DNA from: Haliotis rufescens
Lineage: Eukaryota
Assembly (NCBI RefSeq): GCF_023055435.1
Contig: NW_025963857.1
Coordinates: 23,498,001 to 23,562,000, forward strand
Length of the DNA stretch: 64,000 bases
Reading direction: 5' to 3'
The notes under the pieces were generated by a model that searched no databases, was not told the DNA's origin, and saw only the letters and a list, made by a program, of their open reading frames with translations. This document shows, one piece after another, positions 1 to 11,854 of the stretch; the first letter of the stretch is position 1; each line of letters opens with the position of its first letter. Position numbers and translations under genes: made by a program.

Positions 1-2254
1 TCCAGTGATTAAAATCATTAGCATCGATCCACCCAATTGGGATCGATGACATGCATCAACCAAGTCAGCGAGCCTGACCACCCGATCCCGTTAGTCGCCT
101 TTTACGACAAGCATAGTCACCTTTTACGGCAAGCATGGGTTGCTGAAGACCTATATATTCTACCCCGGAATCCACTATCTGATAGTCATTCATACGCACA
201 TGCTTGTGATCATTATAGTCGGAATCGTACAATGGCCTCTGCTTCGAGCAGAGCTTTCGAATGATTCTGAAAAGGGTTTTGTGGCGTTTATTTGCAACTG
301 CGTTTCTTGAGAGAACTCTCTTATCTTCAACATATCATCTTGATAATTGTACACTTCATTATCAAGGAATTTGTGATTATACGAGCATCACTAAATTTGA
401 TATCTCAACTTTTATAGATAACGCCTGAATATTGATATAATAATCATTCAATGATGACCCTTTAACTACATAAATCGTCAACGACAGAGAATATTCAGGC
501 TCGATTATCTGTTGAAACAGATTTCATTGGGTGTAAAAGGCAAGATTGTGCTAAAATGTATACTGAATATCAGTGATGTCACCAGGTGTTAGTGAATAGT
601 TCATATTTGTTGGATGTTTCATGAGCTCCTCCGTCCGTTCCATCGTGTGCCAAATTGGGAGAATGTTGTCTTTTGACAATGTCTCAGCCATTCATACTTT
701 TGCATATATACTTAATCACTGTTGCAAATAACTCACGTTAACGTGTTTTAATCTTCGGCTGAGTCTTATGTCGTAAACATTAGAAGAAAGTATATAAATC
801 GTCTCTACCCTTTATGTATGCCCTTGACATGATGAAGCAGTAGTGATAGTGATGATTGTGTTCTTTTAAGTCGTGTTTAGACCAAAACTCTTACCAAGAA
901 TAAAACACGCGCAAATCAGTTTGACAATGTGTAACTATATAAGGGTTGCCCAGAAAAACCGTACATCTAAAAGTAAAGACGTGTGTTTTCAGAAGAAAAT
1001 GCTCTTAAAGTATAACACAAAGGTGTTTTCAAAGATAGACATGATCAAACGACTTGTTTTTACAGTCTGGTTGTTGTTATAAAGACTTATGACACGCTTT
1101 AAAGTTGGACCATTTATTCCGCTGAATTTCACTCTCTACAGTTACCAAATGCAATCTCCTTTGTATTGATAAATGATTGTCACTTCTGCTTTGTAATCAA
1201 ACAATAGGGATATATTAGCTATTTGTTTGTTCATTGTAATCTTCAATCCTACCAATCCAGTTCGGAATCTTCAAATTCGCGCTCTGATTTAATCAATATG
1301 TATTTTACAAATAGCGCCTACAGGGAAGGTGGTTAGTAAACACACAACTAAATATCTATATAGATATTTCTCCTATTAATTACATAAGCAGTATGCAAAA
1401 TGTTAAATTGCATCATCAAATCAAGAAGTACATGTTTGATGGAAATTACAAATAATTCGTAGTTTGATAAGCTATACCCGGACAAGCGTATTTAATAGAT
1501 ACTTTTGAATTCAATCGTTTTGTTTGTGTAATTGATAAACTGTAAAGATATGTTATTGTCATGGAAATTCCAACTGTATGCATTCCCTTCTAACCAAAGC
1601 AGTAAGAATCTTGCAACATTTGTTTTGATGCTCTACATCACTATGGCTTTCGGGTTTGTTTTATTGCAGCAGCTCAGATATTATTTATACAAAGCGCCAT
1701 AACAACATGTAGATTGTATTCTGAATACAACTTTCGCTCATTTTCAAGGACAGCGCACACATTTGCATTTCAATACAGTGCACACTGTCTACCCCTTGAT
1801 ACCGTCAATGACTGCTTTGACAAAAATTGACACGCCTGCTTATTTGTTTCGCTGCATGTTTTTAAAATGCAAATTGAAATACAGACAGCCAATTCCAGAT
1901 ATTATGGTACTTCAAATGGCCATCAAACCCTTTCCTGGCAGCCCAAATGATACATTCCCGTGAAACATGAACTCGGGTAAGTGACATTTGGTGGGAGATA
2001 TATCAAGCATAAAATCCCTCCTCTTATCATCATGTCCGGTTTCCTCAGGAACTTAATAGCACATTTCAGTAGTTGATATCTTAGCTAGCAGTAAAACGCA
2101 ATATCATTGAAGTGTGCTTGGATATTGGTCGACAACACGTACTATGTCCAGAGTTTACAATATGGAGAAACATAGATCACTCTTCCATTGTGAACATTCA
2201 ATTCAGATTAAGATTTTCAAACAAATTTCAAGGCGTAAATAAATATGACAAGAT

Positions 2255-2260
2255 TTTATT
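2255..2260 (-). terminator. Polyadenylation signal AATAAA of the Gly/Tyr gene (present in each copy)
   Basis: tttatt on the + strand ~65 nt past the stop codon, followed by T-rich sequence on the minus strand. Confidence 0.7.
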
Positions 2261-2325
2261 GAACCAATTCCATTGGTTTGAGAAAATACATAAATAGCCA
2301 GCATCACACTGCAGGTGATAATAAC

Positions 2326-2933
2326 TCAATAATAGCCGATACCTGAAACAAAAAAATAGTAGAATAAAGTTGGGATGTATGGATAAGTCACAACGAAGTC
2401 TTGAAACTAGCTGCGTGATAAACTATACCAAATATTAGAGAAAGCAGAGAATAGTTTTAAAGATGTTTTGTAAATGTCATCAGCTTTGTCGCTGAAAATA
2501 GTAATACCACATAGGTAAATTATGCAATTTTACAAACGAGACTGGAGGTATATTCAAGGATACGATAAACAAATGATATCATATTTTGTGAAATACCTTT
2601 TCCCAATCCAATTCCGTATCCTCCCATTCCGTAGAGACCACCATAGCCCCCGAGTCCTCCGTACAGACCTCCCATGCCGTATCCGTATTTGCCTCCGTAT
2701 AGACCTCCCATGCCTCCGTATATACCTCCCATGCCTCCGTATAGACCTCCCATGCCTCCGTATAGACCTCCATAGCCTCCAAGACCTCCAAGGCCTCCGT
2801 ACAATCCACCCATTCCGTAGCCAATTCCGCCCAGTCCTCCTTTCAACCCGCCAATTCCACCATACAGACCGGTAGGCTCGGCAAAGGCGGTAACAGCCAG
2901 GCAGGCAACAAGAGCGGCGACTATCTTCATCAT
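2326..2933 (-). CDS. Secreted Gly/Tyr-rich repeat protein, copy 1 (117 aa); coding exons 2933-2597 and 2342-2326
   Basis: Signal peptide MMKIVAALVACLAVTAFA followed by GGLY/GGMGGLY repeats. Donor AAAG|GTATTT and acceptor ttttttgtttcag|GT give ...GLGKGIGYY-stop. AATAAA lies on the minus strand at 2255-2260. Upstream acceptor ttactcaatag at 2943-2944. Confidence 0.9.
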
Positions 2934-3221
2934 TTTGAGTATCTATTGAGTAACGGGAAAATTATTGTCAAGAAAGGTAAAATAGCATGTTATCGTTACT
3001 CATCTGGTAAATTCAGTTCACACCACTCATTGTGAATTATGTTATCAGTTTTGCTTTCACCCGCATTCATATATTTCTCAATTTACAAGAACGTCTTATG
3101 TTACATATTCGGACTTTTATGAATTGGCTCAACATAAAGATTGAAAACAGCCTGATGCGCAGCAGATGAATCAAAAATTAAAAGTATACATATATATCAC
3201 AAGCAAAATTTAAATTAGTAC

Positions 3222-3309
3222 TTGCAGTTTGGTCTTTACTCGTATCTGTGTCTCAACGGCAGGTGAAGATAAGAGATGATGGAACAGTTTCCCCCGTCCT
3301 TTATATATA
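3222..3309 (-). promoter_or_regulatory. TATA box, initiator and short non-coding exon 1 of the Gly/Tyr gene (repeated in every intact unit)
   Basis: Minus-strand TATATAAA at 3300-3307, with Inr-like TCATCT ~30 nt downstream. Candidate donors are GTAAAG (3238-3239) or GTACTA (3220-3221), matched to the acceptor just above the ATG. Confidence 0.65.
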
Positions 3310-3582
3310 CCATTTGTGAATAATACGTGATTGATTTACCTTGGGCTGACCACTTCCAGGTAAGTAACGCACCTCAGCTTAATGGTGTAAAGTAAGCATT
3401 CTTTTCGCATCAAAGGGCCCGAGGTTATCACCCTACGGGTACACATGCGAGCTGGTATCCATGAACATCGATTAAGGAAGTACAAGACAACGTATATAAA
3501 GGTGGCAAACAGACACACTCTCTCTGGCATCGTCGAACTGCATTTCAAACAGTCCTCGATACTCAATGTTTAACCTATATTA

Positions 3583-3752
3583 TTTAGGGGCGGTCGGGTA
3601 GCCTAGTGGTTAAAGCGTTCGCTCGTTACGCCGAAGACACGGGTTCGATTTCCGACATGGGTACAATGTGTGTAGCCCATTGCTGGTGTCCCCCGCCGTG
3701 ATATTGCTGGAATATTGCTAAAAGTGGCGTAAAACCATACTCACTCACTCAC
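3583..3752 (+). mobile_element. tRNA-derived SINE (family A) with 14-bp TSD; orthologous copies start at ~8044, 12504, 16963, 21422, 25880, 37526 and 42092
   Basis: A box TAGCCTAGTGG, B box GGTTCGATTTC and (ACTC)n tail. TSD tttaacctatatta at 3569-3582 and 3753-3766. Confidence 0.92.
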
Positions 3753-4360
3753 TTTAACCTATATTAAGTAAATATTCGATAATGGTCTGAAAAGTGTGTA
3801 TCCAGTAAATATATGATGTGGGAGCAACATACATCAGACATTATAATGCATCTGTGTGATACGACATAACATGAGACCAGAAAACTGATGCAACATACAA
3901 GTACAGCCTCGCCACAGTACAGCAGTAGCACTGTACCACACGAGGTCAACTATGCTAACCGTCTCCGTGTAATACAGCAGCCTGCTCACAAGAAAATAGC
4001 TTCTGCTGAATATACTGCAGAAGTCCCCAGATACTACATTATTCTCCCCGAATTTTATTTATCTTACTGCACAATAACTATAAACTACAACAGCTTTATT
4101 TCCTAACTGAAAGGGACATATATTGGTTTCTTCTCACAAAGGGACTGTCACTATGAATACTCACAACACCTTTATATGTGTGTAGTATCTGTTAAAAGCC
4201 GAAAGTACACCAGTGTCTTCTGAAAACATGATTGACATATGAACAACAGCTTGTTTTCTCGTCTTTGTTGACTTGTCTTTGTATGTGTTTGTGACGGTAG
4301 AACCGATGGGGCAGGATACGCTTACTTTTTGGCAACCGCCAGGTATCATCACTATCTGAT

Positions 4361-4624
4361 TGGTTAGTTGGTTGGTTGGTTGTTTAACGCTGCACTCAGC
4401 AATATATTACTGCTATATGACGGCGGTCTGTAAATAATCGAGTCTGGACCAGACAATCCAGTGATTAAAATCATTAGCATCGATCCACCCAATTGGGATC
4501 GATGACATGCATCAACCAAGTCAGCGAGCCTGACCACCCGATCCCGTTAGTCGCCTTTTACGACAAGCATAGTCACCTTTTACGGCAAGCATGGGTTGCT
4601 GAAGACCTATTCTACCCCGGAATC
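4361..4624 (-). mobile_element. SINE-like element (family B, non-tRNA head) with 11-bp TSD; orthologous copies at 1-172, ~8822, 13282, 17741, 22200, 26658, 33710, 38291 and 42858
   Basis: (CAAC)n tail. TSD cactatctgat at 4350-4360 and 4625-4635. At least 7 more dispersed copies lie outside the array. Confidence 0.88.
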
Positions 4625-6777
4625 CACTATCTGATAGTCATTCATACGCACATGCTTGTGATCATTATAGTCGGAATCGTACAATGGCCTCTGCTTCGAG
4701 CAGAGCTTTCGAATGATTCTGAAAAGGGTTTTGTGGCGTTTATTTGCAACTGCGTTTCTTGAGAGAACTCTCTTACCTTCAACATATCATCTTGGTAATT
4801 GTACACTTCATTATCAAGGAATTTGTGATAATACGAGCATCACTAAATTTGATATCTCAATTTTTATAGATAACGCCTGAATATTGATATAATAATCATT
4901 CAATGATGACCCTTTAACTACATAAATCGTCAACGACAGAGAATATTCAGGCTCGATTATCTGTTGAAACAGATTTCATTGGGTGTAAAAGGCAAGATTG
5001 TGCTAAAATGTATACTGAATATCAGTGATGTCACCAGGTGTTAGTGAATAGTTCATATTTGTTGGATGTTTCATGAGCTCCTCCGTCCGTTCCATCGTGT
5101 GCCAAATTGGGAGAATGTTGTCTTTTGACAATGTCTCAGCCATTCATACTTTTGCATATATACTTAATCACTGTTGCAAATAACTCACGTTAACGTGTTT
5201 TAATCTTCGGCTGAGTCTTATGTCGTAAACATTAGAAGAAAGTATATAAATCGTCTCTACCCTTTATGTATGCCCTTGACATGATGAAGCAGTAGTGATA
5301 GTGATGATTGTGTTCTTTTAAGTCGTGTTTAGACCAAAACTCTTACCAAGAATAAAACACGCGCAAATCAGTTTGACAATGTGTAACTATATAAGGGTTG
5401 CCCAGAAAAACCGTACATCTAAAAGTAAAGACGTGTGTTTTCAGAAGAAAATGCTCTTAAAGTATAACACAAAGGTGTTTTCAAAGATAGACATGATCAA
5501 ACGACTTGTTTTTACAGTCTGGTTGTTGTTATAAAGACTTATGACACGCTTTAAAGTTGGACCATTTATTCCGCTGAATTTCACTCTCTACAGTTACCAA
5601 ATGCAATCTCCTTTGTATTGATAAATGATTGTCACTTCTGCTTTGTAATCAAACAATAGGGATATATTAGCTATTTGTTTGTTCATTGTAATCTTCAATC
5701 CTACCAATCCAGTTCGGAATCTTCAAATTCGCGCTCTGATTTAATCAATATGTATTTTACAAATAGCGCCTACAGGGAAGGTGGTTAGTAAACACACAAC
5801 TAAATATCTATATAGATATTTCTCCTATTAATTACATAAGCAGTATGCAAAATGTTAAATTGCATCATCAAATCAAGAAGTACATGTTTGATGGAAATTA
5901 CAAATAATTCGTAGTTTGATAAGCTATACCCGGACAAGCGTATTTAATAGATATTTTTGAATTCAATCGTTTTGTTTGTGTAATTGATAAACTGTAAAGA
6001 TATGTTATTGTCATGGAAATTCCAACTGTATGCATTCCCTTCTAACCAAAGCAGTAAGAATCTTGCAACATTTGTTTTGATGCTCTACATCACTATGGCT
6101 TTCGGGTTTGTTTTATTGCAGCAGCTCAGATATTATTTATACAAAGCGCCATAACAACATGTAGATTGTATTCTGAATACAACTTTCGCTCATTTTCAAG
6201 GACAGCGCACACATTTGCATTTCAATACAGTGCACACTGTCTACCCCTTGATACCGTCAATGACTGCTTTGACAAAAATTGACACGCCTGCTTATTTGTT
6301 TCGCTGCATGTTTTTAAAATGCAAATTGAAATACAGACAGCCAATTCCAGATATTATGGTACTTCAAATGGCCATCAAACCCTTTCCTGGCAGCCCAAAT
6401 GATACATTCCCGTGAAACATGAACTCGGGTAAGTGACATTTGGTGGGAGATATATCAAGCATAAAATCCCTCCTCTTATCATCATGTCCGGTTTCCTCAG
6501 GAACTTAATAGCACATTTCAGTAGTTGATATCTTAGCTAGCAGTAAAACGCAATATCATTGAAGTGTGCTTGGATATTGGTCGACAACACGTACTATGTC
6601 CAGAGTTTACAATATGGAGAAACATAGATCACTCTTCCATTGTGAACATTCAATTCAGATTAAGATTTTCAAACAAATTTCAAGGCGTAAATAAATATGA
6701 CAAGATTTTATTGAACCAATTCCATTGGTTTGAGAAAATACATAAATAGCCAGCATCACACTGCAGGTGATAATAAC

Positions 6778-7394
6778 TCAATAATAGCCGATACCTGAAA
6801 CAAAAAAATAGTAGAATAAAGTTGGGATGTATGGATAAGTCACAACGAAGTCTTGAAACTAGCTGCATGATAAACTATACCAAATATTAGAGAAAGCAGA
6901 GAATAGTTTTAAAGATGTTTTGTAAATGTCATCAGCTTTGTCGCTGAAAATAGTAATACCACATAGGTAAATTATGCAATTTTACAAACGAGACTGGAGG
7001 TATATTTAAGGATACGATAAACAAATGATATCATATTTTGTGAAATACCTTTTCCCAATCCAATTCCGTATCCTCCCATTCCGTAGAGACCACCATAGCC
7101 CCCGAGTCCTCCGTACAGACCTCCCATGCCGTATCCGTATTTGCCTCCGTATAGACCTCCCATGCCTCCGTATATACCTCCCATGCCTCCGTATAGACCT
7201 CCCATGCCTCCGTATAGACCTCCATAGCCTCCAAGACCTCCAAGACCTCCAAGGCCTCCGTACAATCCACCCATTCCGTAGCCAATTCCGCCCAGTCCTC
7301 CTTTCAACCCGCCAATTCCACCATACAGACCGGTAGGCTCGGCAAAGGCGGTAACAGCCAGGCAGGCAACAAGAGCGGCGACTATCTTCATCAT
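6778..7394 (-). CDS. Secreted Gly/Tyr-rich protein, copy 2 (120 aa); coding exons 7394-7049 and 6794-6778
   Basis: Same structure as copy 1, with one extra 9-bp GGL unit. Confidence 0.9.
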
Positions 7395-10300
7395 TTTGAG
7401 TATCTATTGAGTAACGGGAAAATTATTGTCAAGAAAGGTAAAATAGCATGTTATCGTTACTCATCTGGTAAATTCAGTTCACACCACTCATTGTGAATTA
7501 TGTTATCAGTTTTGCTTTCACCCGCATTCATATATTTCTCAATTTACAAGAACGTCTTATGTTACATATTCGGACTTTTATGAATTGGCTCAATATAAAG
7601 ATTGAAAACAGCCTGATGCGCAGCAGATGAATCAAAAATTAAAAGTATACATATATATCACAAGCAAAATTTAAATTAGTACTTGCAGTTTGGTCTTTAC
7701 TCGTATCTGTGTCTCAACGGCAGGTGAAGATAAGAGATGATGGAACAGTTTCCCCCGTCCTTTATATATACCATTTGTGAATTATACGTGATTGATTTAC
7801 CTTGGGCTGGCCACTTCCAGGTAAGTAACGCACCTCAGCTTAATGGTGTAAAGTAAGCATTCTTTTCGCATCAAAGGGCCCGAGGTTATCACCCTACGGG
7901 TACACATGCGAGCTGGTATCCATGAACATCGATTAAGGAAGTACAAGACAACGTATATAAAGGTGGCAGACAGACACACTCTCTCTGGCATCGTCGAACT
8001 GCATTTCAAACAGTCCTCGATACTCAATGTTTAACCTATATTATTTAGGGGCGGTCGGGTAGCCTAGTGGTTAAAGCGTTCGCTCGTTACGCCGAAGACA
8101 CGGGTTCGATTTCCGACATGGGTACAATGTGTGTAGCCCATTGCTGGTGTCCCCCGCCGTGATATTGCTGGAATATTGCTAAAAGTGGCGTAAAACCATA
8201 CTCACTCACTCACTTTAACCTATATTAAGTAAATATTCGATAATGGTCTGAAAAGTGTGTATCCAGTAAATATATGATGTGGGAGCAACATACATCAGAC
8301 ATTATAATGCATCTGTGTGATACGACATAACATGAGACCAGAAAACTGATGCAACATACAAGTACAGCCTCGCCACAGTACAGCAGTAGCACTGTACCAC
8401 ACGAGGTCAACTATGCTAACCGTCTCCGTGTAATACAGCAGCCTGCTCACAAGAAAATAGCTTCTGCTGAATATACTGCAGAAGTCCCCAGATACTACAT
8501 TATTCTCCCCGAATTTTATTTATCTTACTGCACAATAACTATAAACTACAACAGCTTTATTTCCTAACTGAAAGGGACATATATTGGTTTCTTCTCACAA
8601 AGGGACTGTCACTATGAATACTCACAACACCTTTATATGTGTGTAGTATCTGTTAAAAGCCGAAAGTACACCAGTGTCTTCTGAAAACATGATTGACATA
8701 TGAACAACAGCTTGTTTTCTCGTCTTTGTTGACTTGTCTTTGTATGTGTTTGTGACGGTAGAACCGATGGGGCAGGATACGCTTACTTTTTGGCAACCGC
8801 CAGGTATCATCACTATCTGATTGGTTAGTTGGTTGGTTGGTTGTTTAACGCTGCACTCAGCAATATATTACTGCTATATGACGGCGGTCTGTAAATAATC
8901 GAGTCTGGACCAGACAATCCAGTGATTAAAATCATTAGCATCGATCCACCCAATTGGGATCGATGACATGCATCAACCAAGTCAGCGAGCCTGACCACCC
9001 GATCCCGTTAGTCGCCTTTTACGACAAGCATAGTCACCTTTTACGGCAAGCATGGGTTGCTGAAGACCTATTCTACCCCGGAATCCACTATCTGATAGTC
9101 ATTCATACGCACATGCTGTGATCATTATAGTCGGAATCGTACAATGGCCTCTGCTTCGAGCAGAGCTTTCGAATGATTCTGAAAAGGGTTTTGTGGCGTT
9201 TATTTGCAACTGCGTTTCTTGAGAGAACTCTCTTACCTTCAACATATCATCTTGGTAATTGTACACTTCATTATCAAGGAATTTGTGATAATACGAGCAT
9301 CACTAAATTTGATATCTCAATTTTTATAGATAACGCCTGAATATTGATATAATAATCATTCAATGATGACCCTTTAACTACATAAATCGTCAACGACAGA
9401 GAATATTCAGGCTCGATTATCTGTTGAAACAGATTTCATTGGGTGTAAAAGGCAAGATTGTGCTAAAATGTATACTGAATATCAGTGATGTCACCAGTTG
9501 TTAGTGAATAGTTCATATTTGTTGGATGTTTCATGAGCTCCTCCGTCCGTTCCATCGTGTGCCAAATTGGGAGAATGTTGTCTTTTGACAATGTCTCAGC
9601 CATTCATACTTTTGCATATATACTTAATCACTGTTGCAAATAACTCACGTTAACGTGTTTTAATCTTCGGCTGAGTCTTATGTCGTAAACATTAGAAGAA
9701 AGTATATAAATCGTCTCTACCCTTTACGTATGCCCTTGACATGATGAAGCAGTAGTGATAGTGATGATTGTGTTCTTTTAAGTCGTGTTTAGACCAAAAC
9801 TCTTACCAAGAATAAAACACGCGCAAATCAGTTTGACAATGTGTAACTATATAAGGGTTGCCCAGAAAAACCGTACATCTAAAAGTAAAGACGTGTGTTT
9901 TCAGAAGAAAATGCTCTTAAAGTATAACACAAAGGTGTTTTCAAAGATAGACATGATCAAACGACTTGTTTTTACAGTCTGGTTGTTGTTATAAAGACTT
10001 ATGACACGCTTTAAAGATGGACCATTTATTCCGCTGAATTTCACTCTCTACAGTTACCAAATGCAATCTCCTTTGTATTGATAAATGATTGTCACTTCTG
10101 CTTTGTAATCAAACAATAGGGATATATTAGCTATTTGTTTGTTCATTGTAATCTTCAATCCTACCAATCCAGTTCGGAATCTTCAAATTCGCGCTCCGAT
10201 TTAATCAATATGTATTTTACAAATAGCGCCTACAGGGAAGGTGGTTAGTAAACACACAACTAAATATCTATATAGATATTTCTCCTATTAATTACATAAG

Positions 10301-11237
10301 CAGTATGCAAAATGTTAAATTGCATCATCAAATCAAGAAGTACATGTTTGATGGAAATTACAAATAATTCGTAGTTTGATAAGCTATACCCGGACAAGCG
10401 TATTTAATAGATATTTTTGAATTCAATCGTTTTGTTTGTGTAATTGATAAACTGTAAAGATATGTTATTGTCATGGAAATTCCAACTGTATGCATTCCCT
10501 TCTAACCAAAGCAGTAAGAATCTTGCAACATTTGTTTTGATGCTCTACATCACTATGGCTTTCGGGTTTGTTTTATTGCAGCAGCTCAGATATTATTTAT
10601 ACAAAGCGCCATAACAACATGTAGATTGTATTCTGAATACAACTTTCGCTCATTTTCAAGGACAGCGCACACATTTGCATTTCAATACAGTGCACACTGT
10701 CTACCCCTTGATACCGTCAATGACTGCTTTGACAAAAATTGACACGCCTGCTTATTTGTTTCGCTGCATGTTTTTAAAATGCAAATTGAAATACAGACAG
10801 CCAATTCCAGATATTATGGTACTTCAAATGGCCATCAAACCCTTTCCTGGCAGCCCAAATGATACATTCCCGTGAAACATGAACTCGGGTAAGTGACATT
10901 TGGTGGGAGATATATCAAGCATAAAATCCCTCCTCTTATCATCATGTCCGGTTTCCTCAGGAACTTAATAGCACATTTCAGTAGTTGATATCTTAGCTAG
11001 CAGTAAAACGCAATATCATTGAAGTGTGCTTGGATATTGGTCGACAACACGTACTATGTCCAGAGTTTACAATATGGAGAAACATAGATCACTCTTCCAT
11101 TGTGAACATTCAATTCAGATTAAGATTTTCAAACAAATTTCAAGGCGTAAATAAATATGACAAGATTTTATTGAACCAATTCCATTGGTTTGAGAAAATA
11201 CATAAATAGCCAGCATCACACTGCAGGTGATAATAAC

Positions 11238-11854
11238 TCAATAATAGCCGATACCTGAAACAAAAAAATAGTAGAATAAAGTTGGGATGTATGGATAAGT
11301 CACAACGAAGTCTTGAAACTAGCTGCATGATAAACTATACCAAATATTAGAGAAAGCAGAGAATAGTTTTAAAGATGTTTTGTAAATGTCATCAGCTTTG
11401 TCGCTGAAAATAGTAATACCACATAGGTAAATTATGCAATTTTACAAACGAGACTGGAGGTATATTCAAGGATACGATAAACAAATGATATCATATTTTG
11501 TGAAATACCTTTTCCCAATCCAATTCCGTATCCTCCCATTCCGTAGAGACCACCATAGCCCCCGAGTCCTCCGTACAGACCTCCCATGCCGTATCCGTAT
11601 TTGCCTCCGTATAGACCTCCCATGCCTCCGTATATACCTCCCATGCCTCCGTATAGACCTCCCATGCCTCCGTATAGACCTCCATAGCCTCCAAGACCTC
11701 CAAGACCTCCAAGGCCTCCGTACAATCCACCCATTCCGTAGCCAATTCCGCCCAGTCCTCCTTTCAACCCGCCAATTCCACCATACAGACCGGTAGGCTC
11801 GGCAAAGGCGGTAACAGCCAGGCAGGCAACAAGAGCGGCGACTATCTTCATCAT
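11238..11854 (-). CDS. Secreted Gly/Tyr-rich protein, copy 3 (120 aa); coding exons 11854-11509 and 11254-11238
   Basis: Spliced protein is identical to copy 2. The TATA box carries a substitution at 12224. Confidence 0.88.

Noticed and set aside
873-2297. Short spacer ORFs (69, 66 and 61 aa) 'conserved' in all units; likewise those at 3336-4352
   Set aside because: Conservation only reflects near-identical units. Several use non-ATG starts, none has a recognisable domain, and some are broken in individual copies.
2520-2596. ORF-track C-terminus ISQNMISFVYRILEYTSSLVCKIA of the Gly-rich protein
   Set aside because: Read-through into an intron. A donor lies at the exact end of the Gly-rich sequence, and the downstream exon restores G/Y composition.
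2660-2800. CRISPR-like short repeats
   Set aside because: Contiguous 21-bp and 9-bp coding repeats without spacers, in eukaryotic DNA with no cas genes.
2522-2875. Antisense LRIDLPC-repeat ORF and alternate-frame EVYTEAW-repeat ORF (2579-2824), in every unit
   Set aside because: Shadows of the stop-free 21-bp coding repeat, with no independent promoter, signal or splice support.
3586-3660. tRNA gene
   Set aside because: A/B boxes are present, but there is no proper acceptor stem or T-run terminator. It continues into a SINE body and tail and is flanked by a TSD. The degenerate tRNA-like head at ~47660-47720 was rejected as too decayed.
4595-4625. Hammerhead ribozyme suggested by CTGAAGA in SINE B (+ strand)
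   Set aside because: No GAAA after a stem II and no stem III/UH site; the motif is on the antisense strand of the element.
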